A stretch of 62,412 nucleotides of DNA. Source: Candidatus Harrisonbacteria bacterium RIFCSPLOWO2_01_FULL_44_18 (GTDB taxonomy: Bacteria > Patescibacteriota > Minisyncoccia > UBA6257 > WO2-44-18). The position numbers and the translations under genes were made by a program. This document shows positions 9,200 to 18,019 of the stretch, piece by piece; position 1 is the stretch's first letter; every line of letters begins with the position of its first letter. The stretch is from positions 17,710 through 80,121 of the forward strand of contig MHJJ01000011.1 in the NCBI GenBank assembly GCA_001817915.1, in the 5' to 3' direction. The notes beneath the pieces were generated by a model. The model searched no databases. It saw only the letters and a program-made list of their open reading frames with translations, and was not told the origin of the DNA.

Positions 9200-9786
9200 T
9201 GCGCAATATGATCAAAATAATCTTGAAAGTATTTCGTTATTAAATGAAGGATAACGGCATGTATTCCTTCCACAAGATCGTATCTGCCTTTTTCCGTTTT
9301 TACGCAAATTTTTACATCAGCCAATTCATTTAATTTCCCTCCGTCAAATCCAGAAAGTCCAATTGTGGAAATATGATTTTGCTTGGCAAGCTCTATAGCT
9401 TTTACAATATTAGCCGAGTTGCCTGAACTGCTGATTGCGATAACGCAATCCCCTTCTTGAAGATAATTTTGAAGCGGTCCGACAAATACCATATCATACC
9501 CGATATCATTGGCCCACGCGGACAATTCTTCTTCGGTGGTCGGAAGGCGTATCGCCTGAAACCGTTTTGTGTGTTTCTCCAAATTATGGCTAAAAATTGT
9601 TTTATTAAAATCGCTCACCCAATGTGTCGCAAGCGCCAGAGATCCTCCGTTTCCAAAAATATAAATCCTTCCATCGCGCTCATATACGGACTGGATTGTA
9701 TTTAATGCTTTCGCTATTTCTTCCTTGGGAAGAGCTTGTATGGTTTTTTCAACTTCTTGAATGAACGTTTGAATATACTGTTCCAT
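9196..9786 (-). CDS. gmhA: phosphoheptose (sedoheptulose-7-phosphate) isomerase, SIS domain
   Basis: FGNGGSLALATHWVSDF and ISSSGNSANIVKAIE motifs; 196 aa. Confidence 0.8.
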   Translation of the reverse strand: MEQYIQTFIQEVEKTIQALPKEEIAKALNTIQSVYERDGRIYIFGNGGSLALATHWVSDFNKTIFSHNLEKHTKRFQAIRLPTTEEELSAWANDIGYDMVFVGPLQNYLQEGDCVIAISSSGNSANIVKAIELAKQNHISTIGLSGFDGGKLNELADVKICVKTEKGRYDLVEGIHAVILHLITKYFQDYFDHIAQ

Positions 9787-9788
9787 GA

Positions 9789-10805
9789 TTAGATAATTTT
9801 AGGATGAAGATTGTTAAAAAGAATATCCGTTCCTGACTGGGTAAACGTTACAGGAATTTCTTTAAAATCCGAAAGATTGTTTTTTGCAGCCGCTTGCCTC
9901 ATTGCTATCCGCATTGCCCCGTGAACCTCGGGATGTGCCAAAAATAAAATGCATCCACCGCCTCCAGCCCCTAAAACTTTTCCTCCCCACGCTCCAGCCG
10001 CTAATCCGGCTTCGTACAAATCGTCAATCATAGAATTAGAAACATTTGACGCAAATTTTTTCTTCAACATCCAGCCGTCATGCAAAAGAGATGCCATGCC
10101 GCGTATATCTCCCGCTAGAAGTTTCTCTTTAAAAGCACTTACTGAATCTGACATTTTTTTATATGTCTCAATATGCTCGCTTATTTTTGATTTTTGTTCA
10201 CTAAGGACACTTGACGCGGGTCTTGTAACACCAGTAAAGAAAAGAAGCGTGTTTTTTTCAAGCTTTGAACGCTTTAAGTAGTCAATAAGCACGGGCTCCA
10301 CCGAAACACTGTCATTAGCATTAAATTGAAATATATTGAACCCTCCAGTTGCTGACGCGTATTGATCTTGTTTTCCTATCGGTTCTTTTAATAGATCTAT
10401 CTCCAAGCGACAGGCGGCTTCCGCGAGTTCTCCCTTTCCGATTCTTTTTCCTTGAAATGCGTAGAGGCCCTTTAGAAGCGCCGTAGAAAAGCTGGACGAA
10501 GAACCAAGGCCGGTTTTTGCCGGAAGAGACGCGAACGACCCAATTTCCAGATTTCTTTCAATTCCAAAATCCATAAGCGCTGTTTTAATTCGAGTATGCT
10601 GAAGCTCGTTCGGATGGCTCGCGGTTTCAGAAATAGAATACCGAGCTGTAACCTTATCAATAAGAGGGGTTGGATTAATAACGAGATAAACATATTTATC
10701 AATAGTTGTCGAAAGAACCCGACCGGGATAGTGTCGGTAAAAATCAGGGAGGTCGGTTCCCCCACCAACAAAACTGATACGAAGTGGCGCGCGAACAAGA
10801 ATCAT
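9789..10805 (-). CDS. hddA: GHMP-family D-glycero-alpha-D-manno-heptose 7-phosphate kinase
   Basis: RAPLRISFVGGGTDLPDFY N-terminus typical of HddA-type GHMP kinases; GLGSSSSF motif; 338 aa. Confidence 0.75.
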   Translation of the reverse strand: MILVRAPLRISFVGGGTDLPDFYRHYPGRVLSTTIDKYVYLVINPTPLIDKVTARYSISETASHPNELQHTRIKTALMDFGIERNLEIGSFASLPAKTGLGSSSSFSTALLKGLYAFQGKRIGKGELAEAACRLEIDLLKEPIGKQDQYASATGGFNIFQFNANDSVSVEPVLIDYLKRSKLEKNTLLFFTGVTRPASSVLSEQKSKISEHIETYKKMSDSVSAFKEKLLAGDIRGMASLLHDGWMLKKKFASNVSNSMIDDLYEAGLAAGAWGGKVLGAGGGGCILFLAHPEVHGAMRIAMRQAAAKNNLSDFKEIPVTFTQSGTDILFNNLHPKII

Positions 10806-10899
10806 ATAGTATATAACTTCATAAAGATGCCTTTTTTGTATTATGGGCGTATCCTACGCTAAAAACCAGCCGTATGGCAACAAAAACAACATTTTCTAT

Positions 10900-11985
10900 T
10901 TAGAAAAATGTCTTCGGAATATGAAAAGATTTTTTTGTTTTGAAGGTCCGAAGCCAATCAATATAATCGCGAATGGATTTTTCTGGCCCGAAACGCGGTT
11001 TCCAGTGAAGTTTTTCCAATTTTGAGATGTTAGAAATCGCATGCCGCGTATCCGTACGCCGAAAACCAGATACTATAATAGGGGACGCGGAATCGGTGAT
11101 CTTTTTAACAAGCTTCGCAAAATCAAGCACTAAAATACCTCGCCCACCACCAACATTAAAAACTTTAAAGTCCGCTTTCGGATTATTCAGAACCACGATA
11201 TTTGCCGCAACAACATCTTCAATATTTACAAAATCCCGTTTCTGCTTGCCATCTTCATACACCGTAATTGGCTTGCCGGTTAAAGCCTGCACGCAAAAAA
11301 TTCTAAGAGCTCCGGAATACAGATTCCTTGGGGATTGTCTAGGTCCTTGTACAATCGAATAACGCATAAGAACGGTCGGTATCCCATATGTCTTTCCCAG
11401 ACGAAGCGCCGCCTCTTCTAGCGCGTGCTTAGAAAGCCCATAGGAATTTGTTGGCGTCACGCGCTGATCTTCACGAAATGGAATCGGCATTGCGGGTGCT
11501 TTATGGGAACACAAAATTTCCCAGCTCTTTTTCTGAAGCGCATGAACAGATCGCAATTCCGGGAAAAATGTTTCTCCGGTATGAGCGCATCGATACATGC
11601 CATCGCCATATACGAACTGGGAACTGGCAAGAATAACTTTTTTAATCGGGAGTTTTTTTTCAACTATTATTTCGTAAAGAAGCGCCGTGCTTACGGTATT
11701 TGTGGTAAAAAAAACACTAAAATCCGGGCGCTGATCCTGATACGCCGCAAAGTGATACACATACGATACCCCTCGTAATGCCCTGACCCAATCTTTCTTT
11801 TTTCTAACATCTCCCTTTATAAGCTCATATCCCCTTCCCCTCACGTATTCGGGCCATGTGTTGTTATGTACTGCGGATAAGAGATTATCTAAAATACGGA
11901 TTCGGTAGCCCTTTTTTGTCAAGGCATCGGCCGTATGAGAACCGATAAATCCGGCTCCTCCGGTAATAAGAATTTGTTTTTTCAT
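10900..11985 (-). CDS. NAD-dependent nucleotide-sugar epimerase/dehydratase/reductase (extended SDR)
   Basis: ITGGAGFIGSH Rossmann motif and the YGLSKHALE (YxxxK) catalytic motif. Confidence 0.8.
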   Translation of the reverse strand: MKKQILITGGAGFIGSHTADALTKKGYRIRILDNLLSAVHNNTWPEYVRGRGYELIKGDVRKKKDWVRALRGVSYVYHFAAYQDQRPDFSVFFTTNTVSTALLYEIIVEKKLPIKKVILASSQFVYGDGMYRCAHTGETFFPELRSVHALQKKSWEILCSHKAPAMPIPFREDQRVTPTNSYGLSKHALEEAALRLGKTYGIPTVLMRYSIVQGPRQSPRNLYSGALRIFCVQALTGKPITVYEDGKQKRDFVNIEDVVAANIVVLNNPKADFKVFNVGGGRGILVLDFAKLVKKITDSASPIIVSGFRRTDTRHAISNISKLEKLHWKPRFGPEKSIRDYIDWLRTFKTKKSFHIPKTFF

Positions 11986-11988
11986 ATA

Positions 11989-12687
11989 TTATTTTTTGCG
12001 AAGCACATAATAAATACTTTTCCCAAACCATTCATTTTCCGGAAAACGAAATTTGCGAAAAAAACCGTAAGGAAACTCTCCTTTGCAAAAACCTTTTTCA
12101 ATGATATTAAAATATTTTAAGACGGTTTTTTTAAAAACGCCTTTGGGAAATAAGGCAATATGGTCATTTTTTTCTTGCCACCGAGGCATATCGCCGCTTT
12201 TGAGAAAAATCAATCTATTAAAGATATTAAAAATGTTCGGGGTTGAAAGAAAAAATATTCCGCCGGGCTTCAAAACGCGGTTAACTTCTCTGATAAAATG
12301 GTGCGGATTTTCCAAATGTTCAATGACCTGCCAGGCGCTTACTGCGTCAAAAAAATCATCTGGCCAGGGCAACATTTCGAAATTTATATTGCCGACTTTG
12401 AATTCTCGAAAATATTTTTTTCTCTCGTTTGTCGCGTAATCGCCGGCATCGTATCCAAATACTTCCCAGAAGTCATCTCGCCGAAGCTGTTCGGCGAAAA
12501 AACCGTTTCCACAGCCGATGTCCAGAATACGGAAATCTTTTCGTACGCGCGCGTGAAACAAAGCCAGCGCTCTTCCTTGAACCACTATATCGCTTCCTCC
12601 GCCTTCATCCCAAGCATTCCGCAGATCGTTTCGCGCGGCAGGTAATTCGTTTGGATTTAAGTATTTCATCCCGCACATAACTAGCAC
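11989..12687 (-). CDS. class I SAM-dependent methyltransferase
   Basis: ILDIGCGNGFF and AWQVIEHLENP motifs. The track start is GTG at 12687. ATG at 12678 or 12669 is more likely, because the first codons lie inside an inverted-repeat arm. Confidence 0.8.
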   Translation of the reverse strand: MLVMCGMKYLNPNELPAARNDLRNAWDEGGGSDIVVQGRALALFHARVRKDFRILDIGCGNGFFAEQLRRDDFWEVFGYDAGDYATNERKKYFREFKVGNINFEMLPWPDDFFDAVSAWQVIEHLENPHHFIREVNRVLKPGGIFFLSTPNIFNIFNRLIFLKSGDMPRWQEKNDHIALFPKGVFKKTVLKYFNIIEKGFCKGEFPYGFFRKFRFPENEWFGKSIYYVLRKK

Positions 12688-12960
12688 AACAAGCTATGAC
12701 GCAATCTATCTTTGAGTCGGCGCCAGGCTTGACCATGCTACTTTAATGATGCCTCACGACGATAGGCATCTTCTTTGATGGCATATACCTCGCAGTAAAC
12801 AAGTTTGATGGGTAATCTTGATTTGGTGTATAAAACCTTTCCTTGCTTATGCTGTTCCAATCTCTTTTTGAAGTTATTGGTACAACCAATGTATATTGTA
12901 TTTAACTTTGTTTTGAGGAAATAAACGTAATACATAAGCAATGCTAATTATGTGCGGGAT
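12668..12960. mobile_element. GIY-YIG ORF bracketed by ~19-bp terminal inverted repeats (candidate small selfish element)
   Basis: 12668-12686 ATCCCGCACATAACTAGCA matches the reverse complement of 12942-12960 (ATCCCGCACATAATTAGCA), 18 of 19 positions. The arms enclose only the 65-aa GIY-YIG ORF. Confidence 0.45.
12738..12935 (-). CDS. GIY-YIG nuclease family protein (short, UPF0213-like)
   Basis: MYYVYFLKTKLNTIYIGCTNNFKKRLEQHKQGK...LVYCEVY...AYRREASLK carries the GIY / YIG / R / E pattern. The ATG at 12935 is preferred over the TTG at 12941. Confidence 0.75.
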   Translation of the reverse strand: MYYVYFLKTKLNTIYIGCTNNFKKRLEQHKQGKVLYTKSRLPIKLVYCEVYAIKEDAYRREASLK

Positions 12961-14316
12961 TCATCCCCTGAAAAATTCTCGCTTTAACAACGCCCTATCT
13001 TTTTCATCAAATTGAAAAAGCGTCCTGAAATTAAATGAGAGCGACGGAGCTATCCTTCTTAAAATATAATACCGCGCCGCCGTTAATGCAAAAACAAAAA
13101 CCACGGCATTAATAGCCGTACCGGCAATTCCAAAAATGATAATACCGATAGCAAGAGTTAATGGATATCCCAGTTTTGACAGATTGATAAAAAAAAGATT
13201 CTTTTGGGCGCGGAATGTGTATAGCGCCGCAGTCACGGCATTCGAAATAGGAATAACCAGAAATCTCAAAAGCATTATATTGAAAAGAAAGAGAGAGGGT
13301 AAGTATTTGGGGAAGACGAGTTTTAAAAATGGAGGCGCGAAAACATAGGCGACGATTCCCATCAATGCGTATAGCCAAGTAAAATATTTAATAGTCCGCT
13401 GAAAAAGAAACGAAAGCCGGTCGGGATCGGTAATCTCTCGCGGGAAAACAACTCTTAAAATCTTTTCTATCGGGATAAGATCGCCAAGAGCGCTGTAAAG
13501 AGAAGAAGCGACGGAAAAAAGCGCGACTGCCTCTATTCCAAGAAAATACTTTATAACCCAAGGTTCCAAATCTCCAATAATGCCGGTTTGATCATTGAGA
13601 AGAGACCACTTGCCGTGCGCTTTGATAGTTTCAAGAAATGAATAGGAGCCGCGTGGAATTTTTGACAAATCAATAATATTTTTTAAAACCGCCGGGAAAA
13701 ACACAATTAGCGGCAGAAAGGCGGAAAAAAGATACGCCAGAGCAACGCCGATGATTCCAAATTTATTAAAGACAACCAAAATTATAATAAGACAAAGATA
13801 GAAAAAGCGGCTTAAGAAAGTGAAGCCGGCCTCCGACGCGAATTTTGCCTGCGTGGAGAATAACAAAAGATAGATTCGCTTGATCGACATTAAAACAAAT
13901 GACGCAGAAAGAATCATCAGTATTGCTCTCGCGTCCGCGCCGATAAGCGTTGATATAAAAGGCGCGGCAAAAAAAACAACAACGGCAACAAAAAAACTTA
14001 ACGGAAAAACAATTCTGATAAACGCTCTCAATTCGGCGCGGTATCGCCCGACTTTACCCTCGCCAAGATCGCGCGCCATATCCGTTAGAAATATGTTTTC
14101 CAGAGTGGGAAGAGTAAGCGCGCCGATAATCGCGATGGCTGATTGCGCCAGTTGCCACACGCCGTACTCAAAAACGCTCAACGCCCGAATCACCAGAAAC
14201 GCGGCGGCAATATTTACTAACTGCGCAAGCAACTTAGCCGATGATAAAGCAACTATTCCCTCTTTGATTATTCGCGCAATCGATTTTTTACCCCCTTGAT
14301 TATTCATCCCACACAT
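12961..14316 (-). CDS. Wzx-like oligosaccharide/polysaccharide flippase (MOP superfamily)
   Basis: 451 aa with about 12 or more hydrophobic helices. The N-terminal pattern KEGIVALSSAKLLAQLVNIAAAFLVIRAL is typical of polysaccharide biosynthesis flippases. Confidence 0.7.
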   Translation of the reverse strand: MCGMNNQGGKKSIARIIKEGIVALSSAKLLAQLVNIAAAFLVIRALSVFEYGVWQLAQSAIAIIGALTLPTLENIFLTDMARDLGEGKVGRYRAELRAFIRIVFPLSFFVAVVVFFAAPFISTLIGADARAILMILSASFVLMSIKRIYLLLFSTQAKFASEAGFTFLSRFFYLCLIIILVVFNKFGIIGVALAYLFSAFLPLIVFFPAVLKNIIDLSKIPRGSYSFLETIKAHGKWSLLNDQTGIIGDLEPWVIKYFLGIEAVALFSVASSLYSALGDLIPIEKILRVVFPREITDPDRLSFLFQRTIKYFTWLYALMGIVAYVFAPPFLKLVFPKYLPSLFLFNIMLLRFLVIPISNAVTAALYTFRAQKNLFFINLSKLGYPLTLAIGIIIFGIAGTAINAVVFVFALTAARYYILRRIAPSLSFNFRTLFQFDEKDRALLKREFFRG

Positions 14317-14442
14317 AACAAGGATTGCCTTTCTCGAGCAATCACTTATTTTTTAATATATGGCCGTTTGGCTTCTGAAAACATAGTTCGTGTAGTAAAT
14401 TTTGGCAAAGGCAGAATTGCTAAATCCTTGTTATGTGTGGGG
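14308..14442. repeat. ORF-less miniature copy of the 12668-12960 inverted-repeat element
   Basis: Perfect 19-bp inverted repeat: 14308-14326 CCCACACATAACAAGGATT against 14424-14442. The arm core CCCRCACATAAC is shared with the GIY-YIG element. It fills the spacer between two genes. Confidence 0.6.
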
Positions 14443-14446
14443 TCCA

Positions 14447-15835
14447 TCATATTGTTGTGTCCAATGATTTTAGTATCGCGTCCGCTATGCGCTTGCCGGC
14501 GCCTCCGTCAAATTTCCAGCATTGCTCCTTAACGACGCGCGCCCTTCCTTCGCGATCAAGCTCGGGATGTTTTAAATAAAGATTTATGGACGCTATTAGG
14601 TCTTCGGCTGTTTTTGCCAAACGCACGCCGCCGCTTTTTAAAATCGGCTGATAATGCGTGTAGTGATGAAGCTGTAAAACGCTAGTAGAATCATAAAACG
14701 GCTTTTTTTCCCACCCGTCAAAACATACATTGATAACGGGCTTGTCAAATGCTGACGCGTCAATACTCATCGTTGATTGGATGGTGACGACAATGTCGCT
14801 GTAAAAAAGCGTATTATATAAATGCATCATATCATCGAAAAGCATTTCCTCCGATACGCCTCCCGGCGCGGGCAACTGAATACCCGGAACATCAAATAAA
14901 ATAGTTTTTGATTTTTTAAGCCCCCGATCAATCATGTGCGCGGCCGGATTTGGATGCATCCGCACCAAAATTTGAAGGTCTGATGGAAGATCGCCCCGAT
15001 CAATAGCATCGCTGATAATCTGGACATCTTGCCACTCGGTATCGCTAAAACTCTTCCCGATGGCGGCGAATAAAATCAAACGTTTGGCAGGATCTCCGCC
15101 GATGCGCTTAAAAAATGCCTCGCGAGCACAGGGTTTCTCCGTAAAATAATAATCGAAGTGGGGCATGCCGGCGATAATAATCCTATTTCCCGGGTAATCG
15201 CACAGCTTTTCGGCCTCTCTCTTCGTAATTTCATTTGGAACAATCAAAACATCGGGGTTTATTCTCATTGCGCTTTTGTTAGCCGTTAAATTATCCCAGG
15301 AATGAATAAGGCCGACCGTTTTAATTTTCCGGCGTTTGGCTTCGCGGATAAACGCCTGATCGCAGGCATGAATAATGTGGGGGGCGAAAACCAAATCGGG
15401 TTTGTATTGCTCAAAATATTTAGCAAGCTTAGTATCTCGCACTAAAAAATAATCTAGTAAACGGGCAGTTCTTCTTAGAAAAGAAAGATTGGAAAACAAT
15501 TTTATTAAAAGCCATGAAAAAAAATAAAAAATGTAATTATTTTCTTTTTCCAGACGCATTCGCCGCAAGCACTTTATCGTTTCATTATCAACAAAAAAAA
15601 GGGCCAGATGCCTGAAAAAAGAATCAAGTTTATTTAAGGGGTCGTTAAAATTATCCAGCGGCTCAAAAAATACGTTCTCCGCCCCAACTTCTTTTCTATA
15701 AAAATCTTTTTTATAAGAAGGGGCAAAAAGAACAACGCGAAGATCCTGCTTCTGCCTTAATTTCTTCCAAACGTCTGTTCTTAATATATTTCGCGCCACT
15801 GATGGCACAAAAATAGGAATAAAAATAGTTTTCAT
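14447..15835 (-). CDS. uncharacterized GT-B-like polysaccharide biosynthesis protein (paralog of 402..1781)
   Basis: 462 aa; shares its motifs with 402..1781 (see that entry). Confidence 0.6.
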   Translation of the reverse strand: MKTIFIPIFVPSVARNILRTDVWKKLRQKQDLRVVLFAPSYKKDFYRKEVGAENVFFEPLDNFNDPLNKLDSFFRHLALFFVDNETIKCLRRMRLEKENNYIFYFFSWLLIKLFSNLSFLRRTARLLDYFLVRDTKLAKYFEQYKPDLVFAPHIIHACDQAFIREAKRRKIKTVGLIHSWDNLTANKSAMRINPDVLIVPNEITKREAEKLCDYPGNRIIIAGMPHFDYYFTEKPCAREAFFKRIGGDPAKRLILFAAIGKSFSDTEWQDVQIISDAIDRGDLPSDLQILVRMHPNPAAHMIDRGLKKSKTILFDVPGIQLPAPGGVSEEMLFDDMMHLYNTLFYSDIVVTIQSTMSIDASAFDKPVINVCFDGWEKKPFYDSTSVLQLHHYTHYQPILKSGGVRLAKTAEDLIASINLYLKHPELDREGRARVVKEQCWKFDGGAGKRIADAILKSLDTTI

Positions 15836-16920
15836 TTTCTCACAATGCCGTCATAGATTTTTTTGTAAGCTTCGCGAACTTTTTCCCAGCTTTGACTGGC
15901 GGCGAATGTTCTTGATGCCCGGCTGAACTTATCTCGGAGTTCAGATGATGTCAGTAATTTTTCCAACATCGTAGCAACTTGTTGGTGATTCCGGCCGTCA
16001 ACCAAAAAACCGTTTTCATTATCCCTCATGGCATCTGATACGCCTCCCTCGCGAGAACCGACGACCGGCAAGCCGGCCGCCGCCGCTTCCAGAAAAACCA
16101 AGCCGAACCCCTCAAAATCGTGCCGGACGTTTCGCGGCAGAAGTATAAACAACTCGGCATTATGATACAAGTTGACTAGCGCGACATCATCTCCGACGTC
16201 AGTTAAAAAAATAATCCGGTCGGCAATGCGTAAAACTTGCGCCCGCCTAAGAAGCGTCTCCCGGTAATTGCCCGAATTTTTCCCCGCGATAACATATTTA
16301 AGCTTGGGGAATTTATCGGCTATCAGCGCAAAAGCCGCCAAAGAATCTTCGTAGCCTTTCCGCGGTTTAAGCAACCCGACGCTTAAAAGATAAGGACGCA
16401 TTTTGATAATTGATTCGGTTTGAAAATTGACAAGCTGGGGCAGCTTAGAAAATTTTTCATAATCCAAACCCAAAGTCACTACTTCAATATTAAGAAAAGG
16501 CGTCGCGCGCCTAACTCTGTCCCTGGTGTAATGGCTGATAGCAACCAAACGGCTGGCAAACAAGTAACTGAAAAAAAGAAAAGGATAGCGCCAACTGTAA
16601 AGAGGCTTCACCGAACCGGTTCCCACCAAAGTCACCGCGTATTTTTTCCAAAAAAGAATTGAAAGGATAAAAGCGATCGCGGCGTAAGGAAAACCATCAA
16701 GGGCGTGAATCAGATCGCAACCGCGAACCGCCGACATCAGACGGCGATACCCGTTCAACGGCAAAACGCCAGGAACGTTGGCCGGTTCACGGACAAAAAC
16801 TACCGTTTCCACACCAGGCAATTTTCGGATCTGGCCGATAAACTCGGAAGCAAATCTCCCGGAACCGTTATCAAGAGCGAGATTATGAGTTAAAAAACAA
16901 ATTTTCATTGGTTTTACCAA
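15832..16920 (-). CDS. glycosyltransferase family 4 (GT-B)
   Basis: C-terminal FGLVFLEAAAAGLPVVGSREGGVSDAM (E-x7-E region). Confidence 0.85.
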   Translation of the reverse strand: MVKPMKICFLTHNLALDNGSGRFASEFIGQIRKLPGVETVVFVREPANVPGVLPLNGYRRLMSAVRGCDLIHALDGFPYAAIAFILSILFWKKYAVTLVGTGSVKPLYSWRYPFLFFSYLFASRLVAISHYTRDRVRRATPFLNIEVVTLGLDYEKFSKLPQLVNFQTESIIKMRPYLLSVGLLKPRKGYEDSLAAFALIADKFPKLKYVIAGKNSGNYRETLLRRAQVLRIADRIIFLTDVGDDVALVNLYHNAELFILLPRNVRHDFEGFGLVFLEAAAAGLPVVGSREGGVSDAMRDNENGFLVDGRNHQQVATMLEKLLTSSELRDKFSRASRTFAASQSWEKVREAYKKIYDGIVRK

Positions 16921-16944
16921 AAAACATTAAAAAACTTCTTCTTG

Positions 16945-17991
16945 CTATTTTGCCGTAATCTTCGAAAAAACTTTTACCAAACCTTCCGCAAAACGTTTAT
17001 TCGTAAATAGAGTCATTGCCTTTTTTTGGGCCGCCTCGCCCATTTTTTTTGCCTCAGCGGGATTATTCCAAAGACGCATCATCGCTTCTCTAAGAAGAAC
17101 CGGGTCTTCGGGAGGAACAATCATACCATCAATTCCGTGTATGAAATTATTTACATGAGTTGAAGTAATAACCGCTTTTCCCGATGCCATCGCCTCAAGA
17201 AGGGAAAACTGGCCGGAACAATCCGCTCCCATCATTTTTTCGTCTCCATACACCGGAACGACAGAGAATGCCGCGTCGTGAAGCAAAATAGGTATGCTTT
17301 CCCGCGGAAACCATGATATGCGGACATTTGAAGGAATATTTTTTATTTGAGATAAGTTGCGAGACAGGGCCCCGATAACAAGAGATATATCGGTGCCTCT
17401 CACTGCTTCAATAAGAGTTTCGTAATCTCGTCCGAGATCGCGGCCGATACTGACCACATATCTTCCGGGAACTACCGGCGCGCCGGAAGGCCGGTGAAGA
17501 TACCGCGCGCTGTCAATGCAAGCCGGAACATGAAAAAGCTTTTTAGGGTCAAGTCCTTCGGCCTCAAGAAACTCTTTTTGCGGCATTACTTGGCAGATAA
17601 TCGCGTCTGCCGAAGCGAGGCCCTTTCGTATAATCCACCGAAAAATTCCGCGATTCCTTTTAAGAAGGCGCGAAAAGTATGAATTATAGGCAACCCACAG
17701 AGGTTTTTTCCTTCTCAGCAAAAATTTTACAAGGAAGAGCGTTATGGGGCTTGAACTGGAAAAAATAATGTCGTAGCGATGCAGTTTGAAAAGAACCGGA
17801 AGATCGGTCAGATGAAAGGAAATTTTTCGAAAAAATTCCGTCCATCGGTTTTCTAAAAAATCGGCCTGAATGCCATAATCGCGTAAATAATTTAGCCCGA
17901 GCAATTCCGTATCCGGCCCAGAACCGTCAAGGTAGGCTTGATAAATTTTCTTGCGAGAACCGGCATAAAGATACAAAACCCTTAAAGACAT
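16945..17991 (-). CDS. glycosyltransferase, GT4/GT1-like
   Basis: FSLLEAMASGKAVITS motif; 348 aa. Confidence 0.8.
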   Translation of the reverse strand: MSLRVLYLYAGSRKKIYQAYLDGSGPDTELLGLNYLRDYGIQADFLENRWTEFFRKISFHLTDLPVLFKLHRYDIIFSSSSPITLFLVKFLLRRKKPLWVAYNSYFSRLLKRNRGIFRWIIRKGLASADAIICQVMPQKEFLEAEGLDPKKLFHVPACIDSARYLHRPSGAPVVPGRYVVSIGRDLGRDYETLIEAVRGTDISLVIGALSRNLSQIKNIPSNVRISWFPRESIPILLHDAAFSVVPVYGDEKMMGADCSGQFSLLEAMASGKAVITSTHVNNFIHGIDGMIVPPEDPVLLREAMMRLWNNPAEAKKMGEAAQKKAMTLFTNKRFAEGLVKVFSKITAK

Positions 17992-18019
17992 GTCTCTTTT
18001 TCTAACCCGCCTATGTCGG

